From contig DATBFJ010000028.1 of the NCBI GenBank assembly GCA_036558545.1, positions 4,259 through 68,258 of the forward strand: a DNA stretch of 64,000 bases. Reading direction: 5' to 3'. Shown piece by piece: positions 50,355 through 59,488 of this stretch (within the stretch, counting starts at the first letter, position 1; each line of letters starts with the position of its first letter). A program made the position numbers and the translations under genes. The DNA comes from Candidatus Limnocylindrales bacterium. GTDB lineage: Bacteria; Chloroflexota; Limnocylindria; Limnocylindrales; CSP1-4. Below the pieces are notes generated by a model, which worked only from the letters and a program-made list of their open reading frames with translations, was not told where the DNA came from and searched no databases.

Positions 50355-51785
50355 GTGACCGATCTGGCAGAGCGGGAATCTTCCGCGGTCGAGACCGCGG
50401 CTGAGATGAAGCAACACTCTGCCGACCAGTCCGCTTTGGCACAGGTGCCGACCTTCGAGGGGCGCACCGTACCGGACCTGCGCACCGCGATCCCCGGACC
50501 CAAGGCCCGCGCGCAGGTTGATTTCGACCACAGGTACACCTCGCCGAGCCTGCCGCGGGCCTATCCGATCGCACCGCTGCGTGGTCGCGGCGCCACGATC
50601 GAGGATATCGACGGGAACCTGTTCCTCGATTTCACCGCCGGGATCGCCGTTTCGTCGACCGGCTACGCCCATCCACGCATTACGGCGGCGATCCAGAGCC
50701 AGGCGAATGACCTGCTGCACTTCAGCGCATCGGACTTCTACCTGCCGATATACGCGCAGTTCGCGGCCGAGCTCGACCGGATCTCGCCAATGTCCGGCCC
50801 AACGCGCGCGTTCATTGGCAACTCCGGCGCGGAGGCGATCGAGGCTGCCATCAAGCTGGCGCGCTTCGCCACGGGCCGCCAGTACCTGGTCGCCTTCCTG
50901 GGCGGCTTCCATGGCCGGACGTACGGCGCTGTGACGCTCACCGCGTCGAAGTCCAAGTACCACTCGGGTTTCGGTCCGATGCTGCCCGGCGTATATCACG
51001 TGCCGTTCGGATCGCAGGGTCTCGATGAGCTCGAGACGCGCATCTTCAAACGGCTCGTGCCGGCCGACGAGGTGGCGGCGATCATCGTCGAGCCCATCCA
51101 GGGCGAGGGCGGCTACGTCGTGCCCGACGACGAGTTTTTTCCACGGTTGCGCAAGCTGTGTGACGACAACGGCATCCTTCTGATCGCCGACGAGGTCCAG
51201 TCAGGGGCAGGCCGGACGGGCAAGATGTGGGCCATCGAGCACTGGGGCGTGGAGCCCGACATCCTGTGCACTGCCAAGGGCATTGCCTCAGGAATGCCGA
51301 TCTCGGCGGCAATCGCCAGGGCTGATTTGATGAAATGGCAGGCCGGCCACCATGGCTCGACTTTCGGTGGCAATCCAGTCTCATGCGCGGCGGCGTTGGC
51401 CACGATCGCGCTCCTCGAGGACGGCCTCATCGACAACGCCGCCGCCCGCGGCGAACAGGCGATGGCCGGCCTGCGCAAGCTTCAGGCCAACCATCCGAAC
51501 CTGATCAAGGAAGTCCGCGGCAAGGGCCTCATGATCGGCATCCAGTTCGACTCAGCCGATACCGCAGAGGCAGTCCAGTGGGCAGCCTTCACACGCGGCC
51601 TGCTCGTGCTCGAGGCGGGCGAGGACGTCGTGCGCATGTCCCCGCCGCTCGTCGTTAACGCGGCCGAGGTAGACACAGCGGTATGGCTGTTCGGCGAGGC
51701 GCTGAGCGCCGTTGCCGACGATCCGTCGAGAGCCCTGCGCGCCGCCCATCACTGGGGTGCGGACGAGGAGCCGGTCGGCGGCTGA
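50355..51785 (+). CDS. Class III PLP-dependent aminotransferase (GabT-like)
   Basis: It has AGIAVSSTGYAHP, NSGAEAIEAAIKLAR, ADEVQSGAGRTGKMWA and TAKGIASG (the PLP Lys). It is 476 aa. Confidence 0.85.
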   Translation: MTDLAERESSAVETAAEMKQHSADQSALAQVPTFEGRTVPDLRTAIPGPKARAQVDFDHRYTSPSLPRAYPIAPLRGRGATIEDIDGNLFLDFTAGIAVSSTGYAHPRITAAIQSQANDLLHFSASDFYLPIYAQFAAELDRISPMSGPTRAFIGNSGAEAIEAAIKLARFATGRQYLVAFLGGFHGRTYGAVTLTASKSKYHSGFGPMLPGVYHVPFGSQGLDELETRIFKRLVPADEVAAIIVEPIQGEGGYVVPDDEFFPRLRKLCDDNGILLIADEVQSGAGRTGKMWAIEHWGVEPDILCTAKGIASGMPISAAIARADLMKWQAGHHGSTFGGNPVSCAAALATIALLEDGLIDNAAARGEQAMAGLRKLQANHPNLIKEVRGKGLMIGIQFDSADTAEAVQWAAFTRGLLVLEAGEDVVRMSPPLVVNAAEVDTAVWLFGEALSAVADDPSRALRAAHHWGADEEPVGG

Positions 51786-51926
51786 CCATCAATGACCTGC
51801 GATGTTGGCGAAATCACCGTAACGGCAGCCCAGGAAAACTCGTAATCTCCTCTCGTTAACCGGAGCCGTAGCCGGTAGAGGGAGGGAAACACGCGCCGGC
51901 CAGCACTAGTTGCATGCCTGCCCGCC

Positions 51927-53366
51927 GTGCTCTTGATAGGTGCAGTGATCGCTGCGCCGGTATCCGCGACCTCAAGCCAGAACGTCATCGTCATGCTGCG
52001 TTCCGGTCCTACCTTCGCGGGCGACCCACTTCGCTCTGCAACGATCGGCTACCCCGACGCAGTCGCATCTGTGCTTGGTGCAAACGCAGCGACGCGCGCC
52101 ATCAAGCCGACCTACGTCTATCGCTCGGCGCTGTCCGGTTTTGCGGCGAACGTCACGGCGACCCAGGCGCAGGTCCTCGCCCAGGATCCGAGAGTTGAGG
52201 CGATCGTTCCCGACCAGGCTACGTACCTGGCCGATGGGACGGTAGAGAACTCGGATACCACGGCCGACTCTTCGCTCGGTGAGCAACCGAGCGCCGAGCC
52301 AAGCGCCGAGCCGAGCGCCAGCCCGGGCGCAAGTCCCAGCCCGACTGCGTCGCCCAGTCCAACACCCAAGCCGACGCCCACTCCGTTCCCGACGCCCGGA
52401 CCGAATTTTCAGATCGTGCCGACTGGCATCAAGCGGATCGACCGTCCGAGGCTCGAGGGTGAGGCGCTGAGAGGCGAGAACGACACGGCGGACATCGATA
52501 TCGCGATCGTCGACACCGGCGTCTCGAACCATCCCGACCTCAACGTGGTTGGCGGAGTGGATTGCACCAAGTCAAAGGCCGGCTACACCGACAAGAATGG
52601 TCATGGCACCCACGTCTCGGGCACGGCCGCGGCAAAGGACAACGGCTTCGGCGTGGTGGGCGTCGCACCTGGAGCGCGCATCTGGTCGGTCAAGGTGCTC
52701 AACAAGTACGGAACGGGCAAAGTCAGCTGGCTGCTGTGCGGCATCGACTGGATCGCGGCACAACGGGCGGGCGACAAGCCACTGATCAAGGTTGCCAACA
52801 TGAGCCTCGTGTTCAGCGGCGTTTCGCGGAATGCCGATGACCACAACTGCGGCCTGACCGTTCACGATGCCGTGCACCAGGCGATCTGTAATGCGTCCTC
52901 CCTTGGCACGATCTTTGTCGTCGCCGCGGGCAACTACAACAAGAACGCCAGCCGCTACCGGCCCGCTTCGTATGACGAGGTGATCACGGTCAGCGCCCTA
53001 TCCGATTTCGATGGCAAGCCCGGTGGCGTTGGCGTCCATTCAGAGGTCTGCCCAAAGGGCTACTCGGCCGACCGCGATGATGCCCTGGCCGCCTTCAGTG
53101 ACTGGGGCAGCGACATCGACATCATGGCGCCCGGAAAATGCATCTGGTCCACCTATCTCGACGGTCGTTACAAGGCAATGTCCGGCACGAGCATGGCCAC
53201 ACCTCACGTCACCGGTGCCGTTGCCCTGTACCTAATCGCGCACCCGGACTGGACGTACGACCAGGTCAAGACGGCCCTGCTGGCGTGCGGCACATATGAC
53301 TGGCGGCTCAAGTCCGACCGCGACAGCTGGCACGAACCGGTGCTGGACATGGCGCGCCTCTGCTGA
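51927..53366 (+). CDS. S8-family subtilisin-like serine peptidase with an I9 propeptide. Coordinates use the first canonical start; the signal peptide appears to begin upstream
   Basis: The catalytic triad blocks are VDTGV (Asp), HGTHVSGTAAA (His) and SGTSMATPHVTGAVAL (Ser). It has I9-like YVYRSALSGFAANV and a Pro/Ser/Thr linker. Confidence 0.9.
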   Translation: MLLIGAVIAAPVSATSSQNVIVMLRSGPTFAGDPLRSATIGYPDAVASVLGANAATRAIKPTYVYRSALSGFAANVTATQAQVLAQDPRVEAIVPDQATYLADGTVENSDTTADSSLGEQPSAEPSAEPSASPGASPSPTASPSPTPKPTPTPFPTPGPNFQIVPTGIKRIDRPRLEGEALRGENDTADIDIAIVDTGVSNHPDLNVVGGVDCTKSKAGYTDKNGHGTHVSGTAAAKDNGFGVVGVAPGARIWSVKVLNKYGTGKVSWLLCGIDWIAAQRAGDKPLIKVANMSLVFSGVSRNADDHNCGLTVHDAVHQAICNASSLGTIFVVAAGNYNKNASRYRPASYDEVITVSALSDFDGKPGGVGVHSEVCPKGYSADRDDALAAFSDWGSDIDIMAPGKCIWSTYLDGRYKAMSGTSMATPHVTGAVALYLIAHPDWTYDQVKTALLACGTYDWRLKSDRDSWHEPVLDMARLC

Positions 53367-53371
53367 ACGGC

Positions 53372-54310
53372 ATGGTGCGCGATGATGGCGCCGTGGCTGA
53401 CAACAAGGTCGCGTCGATGCACGACGCAATCTCAGAGCTGGTGCGCGATGGTGATGCCGTGGCGATCGAGGGCTTTACCCATCTGATCGGCTTCGCCGCG
53501 GGCCACGAGATCATTCGCCAGCGCAAGCGCGACCTGACGCTGTGCCGGCTAACGCCGGACCTGGTGTACGACCAGATGGTTGCCGCGGGCGTGTGCCGGA
53601 AGCTGGTGTTCTCGTGGCTGGGGAACCCGGGCGTGGGCAGCCTGCATGCGATTCGTCGGGCGTCGGAGGCTAGCCCCCCGCAGCTCGAGCTGGAGGAGTA
53701 CTCGCATTTCGGGATGGTCTGCCGCTACACCGCCGGCGCGATGAACCTGCCTTTCTTCCCACTGCGCTCCTATGAAGGCACCGATCTACCGCGCGCCAAC
53801 CCGCTCATCCGCCCGATCCAGTCGCCGTACTCCGAAGAACGGATCTACGCGGTGCCCGCGCTAAAGCCCGACGTGGCGATCATTCATGCGCAACGCGCCG
53901 ATGCCGCGGGCGACACGCAGGTGTGGGGCCTGCTTGGCTGTCAGAAGGAAGCAGCGTTCGCGGCCGATCGCGTGATCGTCGTGGTCGAAGAGCTGGTCGA
54001 TGAGAGCGTCATACGCGCCGACCCGAACCGCACGATTCTGCCGGGGCTGATCGTGGACGCCGTGGTGCTCGAGCCGTTCGGCGCGCACCCTTCATACGCC
54101 CAGGGCTACTACGATCGCGACAACGCCTTCTACCTCGACTGGGATGTCATTTCTCGTGACGCCGAGTCAGTCGATCGATGGCTCGACGAGTGGGTCATTG
54201 GAGTTGCTGATCGAAGCGAGTATGTGGCCAAGATGGGCGATGCTCGTTTCCTGGCGCTGAGGCCAACGCCGGCGCCGTCGGGCTCGGTCGACTACGGCGA
54301 GTATCGCTAA
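53372..54310 (+). CDS. CoA-transferase family I, subunit A (glutaconate/3-oxoacid CoA-transferase-like)
   Basis: 312 aa with LVRDGDAVAIEGFTHLIGFAAGHEI... It is paired with the subunit B gene 6 nt downstream. Confidence 0.85.
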   Translation: MVRDDGAVADNKVASMHDAISELVRDGDAVAIEGFTHLIGFAAGHEIIRQRKRDLTLCRLTPDLVYDQMVAAGVCRKLVFSWLGNPGVGSLHAIRRASEASPPQLELEEYSHFGMVCRYTAGAMNLPFFPLRSYEGTDLPRANPLIRPIQSPYSEERIYAVPALKPDVAIIHAQRADAAGDTQVWGLLGCQKEAAFAADRVIVVVEELVDESVIRADPNRTILPGLIVDAVVLEPFGAHPSYAQGYYDRDNAFYLDWDVISRDAESVDRWLDEWVIGVADRSEYVAKMGDARFLALRPTPAPSGSVDYGEYR

Positions 54311-54315
54311 CGGCG

Positions 54316-55032
54316 GTGAACGACTTCAGCGCCTCGGAGATGATGATTGTCGCGGCGGCACGCGAGTTGAGCGGCACGCGTGTCTGCTTCGTGGGCGTTG
54401 GCCTGCCAAACATCGCAGTCAACCTGGCCAAGCGGACGGTCGCGCCAGGTCTGGAGCTCGTTTACGAGGCCGGCGTTTTTGGTGCCCGCCCAGCGCGACT
54501 GCCGCTGTCGATCGGCGACCCCACGATCGTTACCGGCGCGACCGCGGTGACGAGCATGCTCGAGCTGTTTGGGTACTACCTGCAGGGCGGCCTGATCGAT
54601 GTCGGCTTTCTGGGCGCGGCGCAGATCGACTCGCGCGGTGACATAAACACGACCGTGATTGGGCAATATGAGACGCCCACGACGCGCCTGCCGGGTTCAG
54701 GCGGCGCGTGCGAGATTGCGCAGAACGCCAAGTCGATCTTCGTGATCATGCGTCAGTCGCCGCGCTCGTTCGTCGAGCGGTTGGATTTCAAGACGTCCGT
54801 CGGAGATCGCGTTCGTGTCGTCGTGACCGATCTCGGCATCTATCACCGCGACGATGACGGCGAGTTACGTCTTGGCTCAGTCCACCCGGGCGCGGATGTC
54901 GAACGCGTTCGCGCCTCCATGGGCTGGGAACCGCGGGTCGCACCTTCCGTGGCCCAGACGCCAGATCCGAGCGCCGACGAGCTTCGGCTGATCCGCGAGG
55001 AGCTCGATCCGCAGGGCGTCTACACCAGGTAG
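54316..55032 (+). CDS. CoA-transferase family I, subunit B
   Basis: 238 aa with CFVGVGLPNIA...LPGSGGACEIA (region of the active-site Glu). Confidence 0.85.
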   Translation: MNDFSASEMMIVAAARELSGTRVCFVGVGLPNIAVNLAKRTVAPGLELVYEAGVFGARPARLPLSIGDPTIVTGATAVTSMLELFGYYLQGGLIDVGFLGAAQIDSRGDINTTVIGQYETPTTRLPGSGGACEIAQNAKSIFVIMRQSPRSFVERLDFKTSVGDRVRVVVTDLGIYHRDDDGELRLGSVHPGADVERVRASMGWEPRVAPSVAQTPDPSADELRLIREELDPQGVYTR

Positions 55033-55050
55033 CTTCGTGGCGGAAGCGTA

Positions 55051-55650
55051 CTAGCAGCGACGCGCCGAGCCGCGGCGACCGCTCAGGACGACGATCAGGC
55101 CCACGATGATGATCGCCAGCGGCCAAAGGGCACCCAGTGACGGGATGCTGCCCAGCTGCCCGGCGACCTCAACGAGGCCGATTAGCCCGAAGATGCCGGC
55201 CGCCCATAACGCCCAGGTCCACCTGAGCCTTCCGCGTGCGTCTCGACCACGCGCCGCGGCGGCGAGCCACATCAGCAGGAACGCAGCGGCCACACAGAGC
55301 GCGGTCGTGCCGGGTCCCTTGTAGATGTTCAGCTCATCGATCAGGCGCGCGACGGCGAGGGCACCGATCAACAGCCCGGGAACAAGCGCGATGAGCGACC
55401 TGCCCAACACATAGCCCGCGAGGAAGACGACCGAGATCGCTGCCAGGACCAGCGTCGTGGCGCTGATCGCCGGCACGAGATACTCGAGCAGCAGGCCTGC
55501 GCCGACGGCGACGAGCAGGAGACCGATCCACGGAAACGTCCGGTCGCGGTTCGGCATCCACGACCAGCCGCTCCATCCGAATGGTGTCTCGTCCGGTCGA
55601 AAATTCGCTTCGTCTTCGTAACCGGGAGTCACATTGCGCGGTTGACTCAC
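55051..55650 (-). CDS. Hypothetical integral membrane protein (about 5 TM)
   Basis: 199 aa with repeated hydrophobic helices. I recognised no family. Confidence 0.5.
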   Translation of the reverse strand: MSQPRNVTPGYEDEANFRPDETPFGWSGWSWMPNRDRTFPWIGLLLVAVGAGLLLEYLVPAISATTLVLAAISVVFLAGYVLGRSLIALVPGLLIGALAVARLIDELNIYKGPGTTALCVAAAFLLMWLAAAARGRDARGRLRWTWALWAAGIFGLIGLVEVAGQLGSIPSLGALWPLAIIIVGLIVVLSGRRGSARRC

Positions 55651-55662
55651 GCGGTCAGCGTA

Positions 55663-56499
55663 TCAATCGTCCGCGGTGGGCGCCATTCTCACTGCTGAGA
55701 TCAGGGCACGAAAGAGCATGACGGCATCGTCTGCGACAAAGACAACCGAACGATCAGCAATCCGGTCGAAGCCGGGCATGACCGCAACGAAATCCGCCTG
55801 GGCTGGTGTCGTGAACTCGATGCGCAGGTCAATCGGGGGTTCCATCGTCAGCGGCTGAAGGGTGCTGCCCTCGCCGCGCGCCCGCTCGACCGAGCGGCGC
55901 GCGGCGTCACGGATCATGTCGCGCGCAAGCGCGGGGTGGACCGAATCTGCTGCCTGGTACGAGATCGCGTGCTTGACCACGACAGTTTCGGCCCACGGCA
56001 ACCAATCGTCCAGCTCGGCCGCAAGGGCGTCGTCGCCGGTGACCATCGCGACAGGGACGCCGAAGGCGCCAAGGTAGAGAGCATTGATGCCGGCCTCCGT
56101 GATTGGCCGGCCATCTACTTCGACGAGGACTGCGCGCGGGTTGTACGTATGACTTATGACCCCGGTCGGGTGTCCCGCGCGCGCGTGGTAGCCGACGAAG
56201 AGCGCCACGTCCAGGTTAGCCTCGGCAATCGCCTCGTTCATCGAGAGCGGCTTCTTGCCCAGCACCACGCGAGCGCGCTTATCGAGCGCTTCAGGCGTCA
56301 GGTTGTACATGCCGCCGTGGCTGTCGTTGACGGTTACCGCCGTCGCTCCACCATCGAAGGCGCCTTCGATCGCTGCGTTGGCCTCGCCCACCATCAGCTC
56401 GACGGCCTGGGCATAGCCATAATCACCACGCCTGGTTGGATTTGCGTGGCTGATACCGGCCACGCCCTCCATGTCGACCGATATGTACACGCGCACCAT
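55663..56499 (-). CDS. M55-family D-aminopeptidase (DppA-like)
   Basis: It begins MVRVYISVDMEGVAGIS...VTVNDSHGGM and has HARAG. It is 278 aa. Confidence 0.85.
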   Translation of the reverse strand: MVRVYISVDMEGVAGISHANPTRRGDYGYAQAVELMVGEANAAIEGAFDGGATAVTVNDSHGGMYNLTPEALDKRARVVLGKKPLSMNEAIAEANLDVALFVGYHARAGHPTGVISHTYNPRAVLVEVDGRPITEAGINALYLGAFGVPVAMVTGDDALAAELDDWLPWAETVVVKHAISYQAADSVHPALARDMIRDAARRSVERARGEGSTLQPLTMEPPIDLRIEFTTPAQADFVAVMPGFDRIADRSVVFVADDAVMLFRALISAVRMAPTADD

Positions 56500-56598
56500 G
56501 CGCCGAGATTAGCGCTCGACCGAGACGCTGTTACTCAACTCTGCTCAGCTCCGCGCCGCTTATCGCCCGATCAACGGGCTATGTCCGTTTCGTGCAGG

Positions 56599-57342
56599 TC
56601 AAGTGCGGTTCCCCGGCCCTTCGCGCGGTGGCGCTCCGATCCAGACGGAGCCGTCCGAGTATTGCTCACTCTTCCAGATGGGGGCGCGGCCCTTGAGCTC
56701 TTCGATGCCGTAGCGCGCGGCGTCGAAAGCGGCGCTGCGGTGTGCCGACGCCGCGCATACGACCACGCTCGCCTCGCCGAGCGGGACGAGCCCGGACCTA
56801 TGCACGATCGCCAGTCGCGTCACGCCGAAGCGTTGCTCGATCTCGGACGCGATCGCGCGCAGTACGTCGAGCGCCATCTCGTCAAAGACCTCGTACTCGA
56901 GCGCGACGACCGGTTTGCCCGAGTGCTTCGCGGCCTCTGCCTCCTCACCCGGTGACGGCGTGCCGGCCGAATCACGCGTCTGGCCAAGGAACAGCACGAA
57001 AGCCCCGTCTGTCGTCGAGGGAACGGTCCGCCGCAGCTCGCCGAGCAGCTCGTCTGAGATCGGGTCGCCCGTGATCTCGAGCCGTAAATAGTCGTCGCCT
57101 CCCCCGGCGACCGGTGGAATGAACGCCAGTTCGTCGCCGTCGGACAGTCGTTGGTCGGCTGCCGCGTACTCGCGGTTAAGCGCGAAACGAACATGCTCGC
57201 GTTGGGGCGCGAGCGCAGGGGACTCGTTCGCAATCTGCCGCCACGCATCGGCGATCGTGGCGTCTGCTGCCAGCTCGATCTCACGCTCGCGCCATCCCGC
57301 CTGCTGGCGGAGCATCGCGAACAGACGAACTGTGACGCGCAT
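56599..57342 (-). CDS. Fused molybdopterin synthase MoaD-MoaE (sulfur-carrier plus catalytic subunit in one ORF)
   Basis: The N-terminal 82 aa are ThiS/MoaD-like and end in IPPVAGGG. The remainder is MoaE-like (LEYEVFDEMA...IVHRSG...GEASVVVCAASAHRSAAF...ELKGRAPIWK). Confidence 0.85.
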   Translation of the reverse strand: MRVTVRLFAMLRQQAGWREREIELAADATIADAWRQIANESPALAPQREHVRFALNREYAAADQRLSDGDELAFIPPVAGGGDDYLRLEITGDPISDELLGELRRTVPSTTDGAFVLFLGQTRDSAGTPSPGEEAEAAKHSGKPVVALEYEVFDEMALDVLRAIASEIEQRFGVTRLAIVHRSGLVPLGEASVVVCAASAHRSAAFDAARYGIEELKGRAPIWKSEQYSDGSVWIGAPPREGPGNRT

Positions 57343-58179
57343 CTAGACGAGGATCCCGTTGGCGGTGTACAGCGCGGCCGCACCGATCGTCCCTGCCAGA
57401 ACGGCAGCGAAGTTGATGTACAGCAGGCCCGTAGCAGATTCCATCGAACGAGTAAGAGTTGTTCGCCACGCCATCCACACCAGGACGATCGGAAAGGCAA
57501 TTGTGACCAGGAGTCGCAATGCGACAAGCAGTACCGGCCCGCTGGTCAACGCCGAGAACGCCGTCTGACCTGGGCCCCCGCCGAGGGTTGTCCAGACGAC
57601 AAAGAGCAGGGCCTGAACGATGAGCGTGCCCAGCAGCAGGCGGCACTGCAGAACCAGCGGTCGTTCGGAGATCTTCGGCGTGACCAGATACCAATGGCCA
57701 AGCACGATCGCGGCCATCGATCCGCCGGTGACCAGGCTCAAGATGACCAGCTGAACAAGAAACGGCACGGCATCCGCGGCTGTCGGTGCCCACGCCAGCG
57801 CCGCGCGAGCCAGGACGACCACGCTTGACCCGACGCCGATCGCCCCGATTACGCCTGCCGCGCGCTTGTTGCTCATGGCGACCAGGTACGCAATCGCCAG
57901 CACGATGAAGACGACCAGGAGGCGAGTGATCCAAATGTCATCTGCACCTGTCCCAGGGTTGATTACCACCCCTTCCGTTTCAACCTGCGCGGTCGGCGTC
58001 GCGAAGAGCGTCAGGAGTGCCAGGATCACAGATGTCCCGGCCATGAAGCGGACATAGCCGCTCGTGGCGTCACTCAAATGGCGCGTAACGACAACGAACG
58101 CGAAGCCTCCGAAGGCGAGCGCGGCGAGCAGGATCCACGCGACGTATGGCAGAGTCTGAACGAGTGGCGGGACGGTCAA
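57343..58179 (-). CDS. Hypothetical polytopic membrane protein (about 8 TM)
   Basis: 278 aa. Its stop abuts the moaDE start (TAG-ATG), and its start overlaps the upstream LLM stop by 4 nt. I recognised no family. Confidence 0.55.
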   Translation of the reverse strand: MTVPPLVQTLPYVAWILLAALAFGGFAFVVVTRHLSDATSGYVRFMAGTSVILALLTLFATPTAQVETEGVVINPGTGADDIWITRLLVVFIVLAIAYLVAMSNKRAAGVIGAIGVGSSVVVLARAALAWAPTAADAVPFLVQLVILSLVTGGSMAAIVLGHWYLVTPKISERPLVLQCRLLLGTLIVQALLFVVWTTLGGGPGQTAFSALTSGPVLLVALRLLVTIAFPIVLVWMAWRTTLTRSMESATGLLYINFAAVLAGTIGAAALYTANGILV

Positions 58180-59090
58180 TCGAGCGCGGCCAGAACCGGC
58201 TCAAACTCCTGGATGGATTCGATCGTGATGGGGTCCAACACCATCTGAACGTGGCTGATGCCCTCCTGCGCGTACCTGCGCAGAGTCGCCGCCATTTCCT
58301 CTCGATTGGTGCCGTCGTGCGGAGGCGTCGCGTCCGCGTATGAGGTCGATCGCCCTTTGCCGCCGCTCATCCGGGCGTAGACCGTCACGCTTCGCGCCAC
58401 ATCCGCGGGGTCGCGGCCGGCCTCGCGACAAGCGGCGTCGACGGCATCGCGCATGACGGGAATGCCATCAGCTGTATTGCCGAAACGGTCGTGCCACTCA
58501 TTCCATGCATCGACGTACGGCATGGCGATGCTCAGCATTCGCGGTCGGGTCGTTCCAAGCATCAGTGGCGGGCCGTTCGGATGGCGCTCCGGCGCGCCGC
58601 GCGGCACGAGCTGGCAATCGTTCGCGCTGTAGTACTCGCCGTGAAAGTCGATGTAGCCCTCGCGCAACAGTGTCCGGATGATCGTGAACGCCTCTTCGAA
58701 ACGGCTCACGCGATGGTCATATGCGAAGCCGAACGCGTCATAGTCGGGCTCGTTCCAACCCGCGCCCAGCCCCAGGATGAGACGTCCGCCGCTGATTTCA
58801 TCGACGGTTGCGGCCATCTTGGCCAGCATGGCGGGTGCGTGGAAGCTGGTCGCGGCGACGAGCGGCCCAAGCTCAACCTTCTTGGTTGCCTCGGCCAGGC
58901 CCGCGAGCGAGGTCCAAACTTCCCACGGCCCGACGTTTCCGGTGGAGCGGCGATAGAGCAAGTGGTCGCCGACCCAGATCGAGTCGAGGCCGACGCCTTC
59001 GGCCGTCTGGGCCATGTCGCGCAGCTCCGGCCAGCGGACGAGGCGCTCGACCTCAGGCAGTTGAACGCCAACCTTGAGCGGTCTTGTCAT
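58176..59090 (-). CDS. LLM-class F420-dependent oxidoreductase
   Basis: It begins MTRPLKVGVQLP and has GLDSIWVGDHL and ILGLGAGW motifs of luciferase-like oxidoreductases. It is 304 aa. Confidence 0.85.
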   Translation of the reverse strand: MTRPLKVGVQLPEVERLVRWPELRDMAQTAEGVGLDSIWVGDHLLYRRSTGNVGPWEVWTSLAGLAEATKKVELGPLVAATSFHAPAMLAKMAATVDEISGGRLILGLGAGWNEPDYDAFGFAYDHRVSRFEEAFTIIRTLLREGYIDFHGEYYSANDCQLVPRGAPERHPNGPPLMLGTTRPRMLSIAMPYVDAWNEWHDRFGNTADGIPVMRDAVDAACREAGRDPADVARSVTVYARMSGGKGRSTSYADATPPHDGTNREEMAATLRRYAQEGISHVQMVLDPITIESIQEFEPVLAALD

Positions 59091-59101
59091 CGCCCCCGAG
59101 T

Positions 59102-59488
59102 CTATCGAGCGACGACGGCGATGGCCTCGATCTCCACGAGCGCGCGCGGATCGACGAGGCCGGCAACCTGGAGCAGCGTGCTCGTCGGAAAGCGCGCCCC
59201 GAAATACCGTTCGCGGATGGCGCGCATCTCGGGCCGCCGCTCGATGCGCGTGACAAAGGTCGTCAGCTTGACCACGTCGCGCATCGAGCCACCACAGCCT
59301 TCGACGGCCAGACGGATCTGCTCCATGGCCTGGGACATCTGGTCAATCAGATCGTCCTTATCCAGGTCCGGCGCGAGCTGGCCAGAGATGATCAGGAGAT
59401 CGGCACCCGGCAACGGGACACGCGCGACCTGGCTGTAAGCGCCGACCGGCGGAGCCATTCCTGAGGGATCGAAAATCTCAACTTCCAC
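59102..59488 (-). CDS. RidA/YjgF/TdcF-family protein
   Basis: 128 aa with PPVGAYSQVARV...ISGQLA...VEIEAIAV. The GTG start overlaps the upstream cyclase stop by 11 nt. Confidence 0.85.
   Translation of the reverse strand: MEVEIFDPSGMAPPVGAYSQVARVPLPGADLLIISGQLAPDLDKDDLIDQMSQAMEQIRLAVEGCGGSMRDVVKLTTFVTRIERRPEMRAIRERYFGARFPTSTLLQVAGLVDPRALVEIEAIAVVAR

Noticed and set aside
52279-52400. Tandem repetitive DNA in the S8 protease (gagccaagcgcc/gagccgagcgcc…, encoding EPSAEPSAEPSASPGASPSPTASPSPTPKPTPTP). Similar Pro/Thr/Ser-rich stretches occur in the S33 peptidase, the TolB-like protein, LysM and LCP.
   Set aside because: These are ordinary low-complexity interdomain linkers of secreted proteins, not independent repeat elements.
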